18,695 bases of DNA, taken from NCBI GenBank assembly GCA_964595665.1, contig CAZQQS010000010.1:1-18695 (forward strand), written 5' to 3'. The DNA is from an uncultured archaeon. GTDB taxonomy: Archaea > Iainarchaeota > Iainarchaeia > Iainarchaeales > 0-14-0-20-30-16. The position numbers were made by a program, and so were the translations under genes. The notes below the pieces were generated by a model. The model saw nothing but the letters and a program-made list of their open reading frames with translations, did no database searches and was not told where the DNA came from. This document shows, one piece after another, positions 1-5,893 of this stretch (positions are counted from its first letter, which is position 1; each line of letters starts with the position of its first letter).

Positions 1-1
1 A

Positions 2-181
2 AAAGTTTATTTTGCATGTAATAGAAAAGATGCTGCAAAAATTGGTTTTGATGATTCTGAAATCTATGACATTTTGTCTGGCAAGAAAAAAGAAAAACAA
101 TTCACTACAACACAAATTGATAGAAATGAATGTTTAATCGCATTTAAAGAATGGGCAAATAAAAAAGGAAAGAGATATTAA
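2..181 (+). CDS. 3' end of an ORF entering from the left edge (hypothetical protein, last 59 aa)
   Basis: Frame 2 is open from the window edge to TAA at 179-181 (KVYFACNRKDAAKIGFDDSEIYDILSGKKKEKQFTTTQIDRNECLIAFKEWANKKGKRY*). It is absent from the ORF track because no start lies in the window. No family recognised. Confidence 0.35.
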   Translation, partial: KVYFACNRKDAAKIGFDDSEIYDILSGKKKEKQFTTTQIDRNECLIAFKEWANKKGKRY

Positions 182-927
182 TATTCCCAATTTCGACCCT
201 TACTTTTTTTCTGTTTTTGTAAATCTAAAATATATTTTTTTGAATTCGGCAAAGTTTTTGCAAAGCTTAACAAAGCATCATATTCATATTGATGATGTAA
301 TGTATTTAGTACTGTAGAAGAACTCCCCTCTCTACTACCATATAAAATTCTTTCAAACACACTTTGTCTCAAAGTTAAACTTTTTATTTGCGATAATAAT
401 TCTAAATCATAAGCGTGTTGGAAACCACCATCGCCAGCACCTACAAAAGAATCACCAAATCTTTTAATTAATTCTTTTTGAAATTCTTTATCTTTACAAG
501 CATTATACACTCTTTCAAAATGTTCAATATCTGCAGCGCCATCTAATGCCCAATCAGCATATTGGTCTCTTAATTCTTTATTTCTTATACCTTTTATTTT
601 CTTAATACCTTGCACAGGATCTTCTAAAAAACTACTAATAAATTCATTTCTTTTATTTATTTGTTCTATTCTTACTTTTTCTGCTTCTACATATTTTCTT
701 TGTTGTTCTGACTTTTTTGCATCTACAATTGATTTCAGTTTTTGTTCTTTTGATGTATAAATGGCACTTCTTGTTTGGTCTTTTGGAGCAATATTTACTC
801 TAGAAGTTTTTGCTTTAGGTATTTGTTTTGGACTAGGAGGTGCACAACCAATTGGACCTAAAATTAATGAGCCCGTTACTGCTAATACTGTTGCTGCACG
901 TTTTATTGTTCTAATTGGTTTTGGCAT
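178..927 (-). CDS. Secreted hypothetical protein, MPKP-leader family member 1 (249 aa)
   Basis: N-terminus MPKPIRTIKRAATVLAVTGSLILGPIGC has a basic n-region plus hydrophobic h-region, i.e. a Sec-type signal. AGGAAG lies upstream of the ATG. Last gene of three tandem same-strand genes sharing the MPKP start and a C-terminal aromatic (..NWEY). Confidence 0.7.
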   Translation of the reverse strand: MPKPIRTIKRAATVLAVTGSLILGPIGCAPPSPKQIPKAKTSRVNIAPKDQTRSAIYTSKEQKLKSIVDAKKSEQQRKYVEAEKVRIEQINKRNEFISSFLEDPVQGIKKIKGIRNKELRDQYADWALDGAADIEHFERVYNACKDKEFQKELIKRFGDSFVGAGDGGFQHAYDLELLSQIKSLTLRQSVFERILYGSREGSSSTVLNTLHHQYEYDALLSFAKTLPNSKKYILDLQKQKKSKGRNWEY

Positions 928-938
928 AATATTACTTC

Positions 939-1394
939 CTAATATATTTCTAATACTTTTCTATATCTTAATTCTTTATGATTTTTCATAAAGTTTTCTA
1001 ATACTCTTTCTAATTGTTTATTTGTAATTGTTTTTTTCATTTTTGCTAAATCAAAATGTCCTCCATTTGGATCAGCTACAAAAAATTTAAAACAAAATCC
1101 TTCTATTAAATCTAATTTTGCCTCCATATTTGGCAAATCAAAAATTATATCTATTAATTGTTTTTCACTAACTACTTTTCCACGTTTATAAGCTTCAGGT
1201 AAATCTTTGTGCTCAAAAACGCGCATAGAAGTTCTGCTACTAAAATTAGTATTTCTTTTAACACATGCTGATTTAGTACATTCCCAACCTTCAGGCATTT
1301 TAGATATATGTAAATTATTATGTGCTGGAGCTAAAGATAAGCCCGCTGCCAAAGCTAATGTTGCAACTTTTATTCCAATTCTAGGTTTTGGCAT
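939..1394 (-). CDS. Secreted hypothetical protein, MPKP-leader family member 2 (151 aa)
   Basis: Signal peptide MPKPRIGIKVATLALAAGLSLAPA|HNNLH with an AxA-like cleavage site. C-terminal domain KLDLIEGFCFKFFVADPNGGHFDLAKMKKTITNKQLERVLENFM is clearly homologous to the next gene. 11-nt gap to the downstream gene. Confidence 0.7.
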   Translation of the reverse strand: MPKPRIGIKVATLALAAGLSLAPAHNNLHISKMPEGWECTKSACVKRNTNFSSRTSMRVFEHKDLPEAYKRGKVVSEKQLIDIIFDLPNMEAKLDLIEGFCFKFFVADPNGGHFDLAKMKKTITNKQLERVLENFMKNHKELRYRKVLEIY

Positions 1395-1426
1395 AATAAT
1401 CTCTCAAAAATAATTTAAAATATAAA

Positions 1427-2068
1427 TTAATACTCAAATTTTGTTTTAATATATTCGCCCCTATAAAGTCTTTTATCTTTATACTTAGTCATGAATAATT
1501 CCAACATTTTTTGCAATCTTTCATTTTTTATTTCTTTTTTCATTTGAGGAATATCAAAATATTCTCCTTTTGCATTTACTTTAAAATACCTAAAACAAAA
1601 CCCATTTAATAAATCCATTTTATCTTGTGTACGTGGAGTTTTTTTTAATAAAATTATTATGTTCTCTTCATTTACTTTTTTTCCAGCAACATAAAAGGGA
1701 GATTTATTTTTCTTTTCATAAATATTAATTGATTCGTTTAATCTTAAATTTCTTCCAACACCTTTTGAACCATAATTTACATCTGCACTCTTAGATTTAT
1801 TTTCAATAATACCTACAGCTTTAGATTTTTGAAATGGTTGTGATTGTTGAGCTTTTGGAGAATTTTTGGAACTTGAATTCTTTGAAGTATAACTAGGTTC
1901 TTTAGAAACATGTGCATTTTCAGCACTTACAGCAACTACTCGCGCATTATTTGAAACGTTTTTTTGAGGTGTAGAACTATGTATATGATGTGCTCCTAAC
2001 GCAATAGCTGAGGCAGTTAATCCAACAGCCACGATATTTTTTAATTTGGAAGGTTTTTTTATAGGCAT
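1427..2068 (-). CDS. Secreted hypothetical protein, MPKP-leader family member 3 (213 aa)
   Basis: Signal peptide MPIKKPSKLKNIVAVGLTASAIALGA|HHIHSS, followed by a Ser/Lys/Gln-rich linker. C-terminal domain KMDLLNGFCFRYFKVNAKGEYFDIPQMKKEIKNERLQKMLELFM is paralogous to 939..1394. Confidence 0.7.
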   Translation of the reverse strand: MPIKKPSKLKNIVAVGLTASAIALGAHHIHSSTPQKNVSNNARVVAVSAENAHVSKEPSYTSKNSSSKNSPKAQQSQPFQKSKAVGIIENKSKSADVNYGSKGVGRNLRLNESINIYEKKNKSPFYVAGKKVNEENIIILLKKTPRTQDKMDLLNGFCFRYFKVNAKGEYFDIPQMKKEIKNERLQKMLELFMTKYKDKRLYRGEYIKTKFEY

Positions 2069-2227
2069 AAACGATCACTAAATATTTTATTGCGTTAATA
2101 TTTATAAAGAGAAAGGTTCAAATATTATTTAGTGAAATTTATGATTATATCAAAACAAACATCAGAAATTTACTCTTTTTTAAAATCAGCTTTAGACAAT
2201 AATCGAAAATAATTTTCATTGATTTAG

Positions 2228-2299
2228 GTCCCGTTAGCACAGCGGTGGTGCGTTCGACTGTTAATCGAGAGGTCGCAGGTTCGAATCCTGCACGGGACG
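2228..2299 (+). tRNA. tRNA-Asn (anticodon GTT)
   Basis: Hand-folded cloverleaf. Acceptor GTCCCGT/ACGGGAC, D stem GCAC/GTGC, anticodon stem TTCGA/TCGAG with loop CTGTTAA, T arm GCAGG-TTCGAAT-CCTGC, discriminator G. CCA is not encoded. Confidence 0.9.
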
Positions 2300-2358
2300 C
2301 TCTCTTATTCAAAAACAATTTTAAAGAGAATAGAATATGTATTGTACAATGGGGTGAA

Positions 2359-3648
2359 ATGATGTACATAGAAAAAGTTTTTAAAGAAAAAACAATAGGA
2401 AAAGAATATGAAATAAAAGGTTGGGTCTACAGAATACGAAAAATGAAAGATAAAATATTCGTAGTTGTAAGAGATTCGTATGGAATAATTCAAGTAGTTT
2501 TTGATGCAAATTCACCCCAATTTAATGATGCTGATAAACTAAAATCTGAGTGTTCAATAATCTTAAAAGGAAAGGTAAAAGAAGAACCTAAAGCTCCTAG
2601 AGGATATGAATTAGAAGGAACAGATTTACAAATAGTTCATATAGGGGAAGACTTTCCAATACAAAAAGATTATTCAAAAGAATTTTTAGCTGATGTTAGA
2701 CATTTATGGTTAAGATCTAGAAAACTAACAACTGCTTTGAAAGTTAGAGCAACTGCAATAAAAGCCATACACGAATATTTTGATTCTGAAGGCTTTTATG
2801 AATTCCAAAGTCCTATATTACAAAGTACTCAATGTGAAGGCGGTTCAGAATTATTTGAAGTAAAATATTTTGAAGAAAAAATGTTCTTAACTCAAACTTG
2901 GCAATTACCTGCAGAAGCAGGAATATTTGCTTTAGAAAAAATTTATACAGTTAGTCCAACATTTAGAGCTGAAAAATCTTTAACTTCTAGACATCTAACA
3001 GAATTTTGGATGATTGAAGCAGAAATGGCTTGGTATAAATTTGATGATATGTTAAAAACAGGTGAAGGCCTAATAAAACATATTGTAAAAAGGGTTTTGG
3101 AAGAACATAAAGATGATTTAGAAAACGTTATGGAAAGAGACACATCTAAATTATTGCCAACATTAGAAAAACCATTTCCTCGAATTACATATGATGAAGC
3201 ATTAAAATTATTAAAAGAAAAATGTGATTTTGAAGTTGAGTGGGGAAAAGATTTAAGAACTTTGGAAGAAGAAAAATTAGTTGCTTTGTTTGACACACCA
3301 GTAATAGTAACGCACTATCCAAAAGCTGTAAAAGCATTCTATATGAAAGAATCACCAGATAACCCAGATGTAGTTTTGGGATCAGATTTCTTGGCACCAG
3401 AAGGTTGTGGAGAAATTATTGGTGGATCGGAAAGAGAAGAAAAAATAGAATCTATAATTGCAAGATTAGAAGCACAAGGCGAAGACCCTAAAAATTATGG
3501 ATTTTATTTAGATACTCGAAAATATGGTTCTGTTCCGCATTCTGGATTTGGATTGGGATTAGAACGAATAATACGTTGGATTTGTGGATTAGAAACAATC
3601 AAAGATGCAATAGCATTCCCTAGAACACCAAATAGAAGATATCCATAA
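2359..3648 (+). CDS. asnS: Asparaginyl-tRNA synthetase (class IIb)
   Basis: N-terminal OB fold (EIKGWVYRIRKMKDKIFVVVRDSYGIIQVV). Class II motif 2 region FRAEKSLTSRHLTEFWMIEAEMAW is AsnRS-type rather than AspRS-type. Motif 3/C-terminus is GFGLGLERIIRWICGLETIKDAIAFPRTPNRRYP. The true start is taken as ATGATG at 2359, preceded by GGGGTGA; the track ORF start at 2245 runs through the tRNA-Asn gene. Confidence 0.9.
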   Translation: MMYIEKVFKEKTIGKEYEIKGWVYRIRKMKDKIFVVVRDSYGIIQVVFDANSPQFNDADKLKSECSIILKGKVKEEPKAPRGYELEGTDLQIVHIGEDFPIQKDYSKEFLADVRHLWLRSRKLTTALKVRATAIKAIHEYFDSEGFYEFQSPILQSTQCEGGSELFEVKYFEEKMFLTQTWQLPAEAGIFALEKIYTVSPTFRAEKSLTSRHLTEFWMIEAEMAWYKFDDMLKTGEGLIKHIVKRVLEEHKDDLENVMERDTSKLLPTLEKPFPRITYDEALKLLKEKCDFEVEWGKDLRTLEEEKLVALFDTPVIVTHYPKAVKAFYMKESPDNPDVVLGSDFLAPEGCGEIIGGSEREEKIESIIARLEAQGEDPKNYGFYLDTRKYGSVPHSGFGLGLERIIRWICGLETIKDAIAFPRTPNRRYP

Positions 3649-3651
3649 AAC

Positions 3652-3682
3652 AAAAAGAGTTTTAAACTCTTTTCTTTTTTTT
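3652..3682 (+). terminator. Hairpin + T-run terminator after asnS
   Basis: AAAAGAG(3653-3659)/CTCTTTT(3667-3673) stem followed by CTTTTTTTT, immediately after the asnS stop codon. Confidence 0.5.
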
Positions 3683-3703
3683 ATTTTATGAATATTTTAG
3701 AAT

Positions 3704-4471
3704 ATGATACAAAATATTAAAAAACCAAAACTTATTTTTTTATTTATAATATATGTAATTTTAACTTCAATTTTAGTTTGGATATTAAAACCAATTTATT
3801 TTATTTCATTAATAATAATAATTGGAATTCCAACAACATTAAATTTTATTTTATTAAAACATTCTAAATTGAAAATAATATTATTTTCTTTTTTAGCTAC
3901 CCTTTTATTTGCTCCGGCAATTGAATTAATGTGTAGATTAGCAAATGTTTGGGATGTTCAAACCATATTTCCAAGAATATTGGAAATCTTACCAATAGAA
4001 AATATGATTTTTGCATTCTTTAATTTTGTATGGGTATTATCTTTTTATGAATATTTTATTGATAAAAATACAAAAGACAAAATTTCAAATAAGTTAAAAT
4101 ATGTTGTCATAATGTTTAGTCTCTTATTTGTATTTACATTAGTTTTATTTTTTTACAATTCAAATATTATAACTTTAAATTATTATGAAATGGCAATTAT
4201 ATTTCTTATAATTCCTGCAATAATATTAACGTTTGTTGAACCCAAAATTATTAAAAAAACAGTTGTGCCAATTTTATTCTTTTCAATAATATTTTTTGTA
4301 TATGAATTTATAGCAATACAAATAGGTAATTGGTGGTGGCCTGCAGAATACTTATTACCAATAAACTTATTTGGACATGTATTTCCTATAGACGACATTA
4401 TTTTTTGGTATATCTTATCTACAATGACTTTAATATTAGGATATGAATTCTTTGTAGATGATGGAAAATAG
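3704..4471 (+). CDS. Polytopic membrane protein with two lycopene-cyclase-domain-like repeats (CrtYc/Yd-type fused)
   Basis: 255 aa and very hydrophobic, with about 7 predicted TM segments. Two copies of the hallmark pattern W...(h)P-I/L-E/D-acidic-x-h-F: LANVWDV..LPIENMIFAFF and GNWWWP..FPIDDIIFWYIL. Size matches fused archaeal-type cyclases. Function assigned by motif only. Confidence 0.5.
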   Translation: MIQNIKKPKLIFLFIIYVILTSILVWILKPIYFISLIIIIGIPTTLNFILLKHSKLKIILFSFLATLLFAPAIELMCRLANVWDVQTIFPRILEILPIENMIFAFFNFVWVLSFYEYFIDKNTKDKISNKLKYVVIMFSLLFVFTLVLFFYNSNIITLNYYEMAIIFLIIPAIILTFVEPKIIKKTVVPILFFSIIFFVYEFIAIQIGNWWWPAEYLLPINLFGHVFPIDDIIFWYILSTMTLILGYEFFVDDGK

Positions 4472-4514
4472 TATTGATTTTTAAACTTTAAAGAATATTT
4501 CATATGGTGATTAA

Positions 4515-4994
4515 ATGAAATATTTATTTTCTATAGGGTTAATTATAGGATTATTTTCAATAATATTATTATCTGGTTGTGTATCTGAAAACAAACAACA
4601 AGATTTAACAGATAATAATTGGATGAATAATGGAGAAACATTTGAAGACGAAATTGCAGAAGATGCTTACAATAATGCAGAAGAATTAATGAATACTGTT
4701 GAAACTGCAGAAGTAAAAGACAATGAAATAAAACATTGTGTTTGCCATTTAAGCGAAATACAATATGATTATTGGATAGCAAAAAATGAATTAGCAAGAG
4801 AAACTACTTTTGGAGGCAAAGTAAAACAAAGTATAAATAAAATAGAAAATTGTGCAATACAAGAAGGTATTCCTAAACAATGTATGCCATTAGATTTTGA
4901 TTTTGAACAAATGAAAAATGAATGGCTTAAAGAAACTGAAGCTATGAAATGTAATTGCGATATTATAGAATACGATTCAAAATATTTTAATTAG
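4515..4994 (+). CDS. Cys-rich secreted/lipobox protein (159 aa), hypothetical
   Basis: Signal peptide MKYLFSIGLIIGLFSIILLSGC with lipobox-like LSGC. Strong SD GGTGAT at 4506-4511. Mature part is acidic with paired Cys (HCVCH, CAIQEGIPKQC, CNCD). 43 nt downstream of the membrane protein gene. Confidence 0.75.
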   Translation: MKYLFSIGLIIGLFSIILLSGCVSENKQQDLTDNNWMNNGETFEDEIAEDAYNNAEELMNTVETAEVKDNEIKHCVCHLSEIQYDYWIAKNELARETTFGGKVKQSINKIENCAIQEGIPKQCMPLDFDFEQMKNEWLKETEAMKCNCDIIEYDSKYFN

Positions 4995-5018
4995 AGATAT
5001 TCTCTAATTTCTTTTTTT
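4991..5018 (+). terminator. Hairpin + T-run terminator
   Basis: TTAGAGA(4991-4997)-TAT-TCTCTAA(5001-5007) followed by TTTCTTTTTTT. The stem includes the TAG stop codon. Confidence 0.5.
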
Positions 5019-5043
5019 ATTTTTTAAAATATAAAACCTACAA

Positions 5044-5093
5044 TTAAAATGAGCCTAAGAAAGGCACACGAAGTGGGACTTCTTTGGTACTTA
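5044..5093 (-). repeat. Copy 1 of a conserved 50-nt GC-rich hairpin element (candidate small structured RNA or cis element) downstream of tRNA-Arg(GCG)
   Basis: Minus-strand reading is TAAGTACCAAAGAAGTCCCACTTCGTGTGCCTTTCTTAGGCTCATTTTAA. It matches 17718..17767 (+) at 41/50 positions. It is an isolated GC-rich island in AT-rich intergenic DNA and starts 33 nt after the tRNA 3' end. Confidence 0.55.
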
Positions 5094-5126
5094 CTAAAAT
5101 TTTGATTTTGAAAAAAAATTTTGGTA

Positions 5127-5199
5127 TGACCCTACGGAGATTTGAACTCCGGTCACAAGCTCCGCAAGCTCGCATTCTATCCAACTAAACTATAGGGCC
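5127..5199 (-). tRNA. tRNA-Arg (anticodon GCG)
   Basis: Reverse complement is GGCCCTATAGTTTAGTTGGATAGAATGCGAGCTTGCGGAGCTTGTGACCGGAGTTCAAATCTCCGTAGGGTCA. Acceptor GGCCCTA/TAGGGTC, anticodon stem CGAGC/GCTTG with loop TTGCGGA, T arm CGGAG-TTCAAAT-CTCCG. Confidence 0.9.
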
Positions 5200-5245
5200 A
5201 AATTCTATAATATACTTAGATTGGATAGAAATAAAAATAGAATAA

Positions 5246-5884
5246 TTATTTTTTAATAAAAGAATAGGCTAAAAAACCATATTTCTGAGGTTTAAACAAG
5301 ACTTTACAAATATAGCCTTTAGACTCAAAAAACGCTATTTGATCAGTTAATTTATCTGGAAAATTGGATTTATTCTCCAACAATAATTGAGAAATCAATT
5401 CTTTGGGTAATTTGTTTTTTAGTAAAAAAGATTTCCAATTAGCTCTATAAGTTTGTTCTTCAATTTTAGTTTCTCCCAAAATTCTATCAAAAATAATTAT
5501 AGTTTTTATTTTTGCATTACAAAGTTTATTAAAAAGAGAATGTCTTTTTGTTTTTGGCAATAAATGAAATAATAATGAACTTATTACAACATCGTTTTTA
5601 GTAAACTTTGTTTTTAAAACATCTTGACAAACATATGAAATTAAATTATTCTTCAATTTGTTTTTACAAATATTTAATTGATATTTATCTTTATCTACAA
5701 TAGTTAATTTTAAATTTTGTTTATTTGAAATTAGATTCTTAGTTAAATTCCCAGTACCACAACCCAATTCAGTTAATTTAACATTATTATTAACCTTCTT
5801 TGAAATTAAATATAATACTTTATTATAATTTGGACAAATTTTCTTAATATATTTATCGTAATCTCTGTACCAATCAAACTTCAT
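5246..5884 (-). CDS. Class I SAM-dependent methyltransferase (212 aa)
   Basis: Motif I LTELGCGTGNLTKNL, post-I acidic residue (IVDKD), motif II-like CQDV, motif III-like VVISSLLFHLL. Starts 9 nt after the radical SAM gene on the same strand. Confidence 0.8.
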   Translation of the reverse strand: MKFDWYRDYDKYIKKICPNYNKVLYLISKKVNNNVKLTELGCGTGNLTKNLISNKQNLKLTIVDKDKYQLNICKNKLKNNLISYVCQDVLKTKFTKNDVVISSLLFHLLPKTKRHSLFNKLCNAKIKTIIIFDRILGETKIEEQTYRANWKSFLLKNKLPKELISQLLLENKSNFPDKLTDQIAFFESKGYICKVLFKPQKYGFLAYSFIKK

Positions 5885-5893
5885 AATAAAACC

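Noticed and set aside
2141-2212. 23-aa ORF (MIISKQTSEIYSFLKSALDNNRK) in the divergent spacer upstream of tRNA-Asn
   Set aside because: It is too short, has no SD and no family resemblance, and sits in a region better explained as a divergent promoter spacer.
2145-2369. 74-aa minus-strand ORF, and the 5' extension (2245-2358) of the asnS track ORF
   Set aside because: Both run straight through the tRNA-Asn gene (2228-2299). The peptide ..RAGFEPATSRLTVERTTAVL.. is simply a translated tRNA. asnS has a proper SD and ATG at 2359.
4506-4520. Identical 14-mer GGTGATTAAATGAA at 4506-4519 and 18268-18281
   Set aside because: It is explained as an optimal SD (GGTGAT) plus spacer plus ATG context shared by two well-expressed genes, not a repeat element.
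5049-5105. 18-aa ORF (MSLRKAHEVGLLWYLLKF) on the plus strand across element copy E1; could the repeat encode a micro-peptide?
   Set aside because: The second copy reads ..ISLRKAPERGLLRN.. on the equivalent strand but has ATT instead of ATG. In-frame stops lie just upstream and there is no alternative start, and the ORF then runs into the tRNA. Conservation follows the stem arms, not codon positions, so an RNA/DNA-level element is more plausible.
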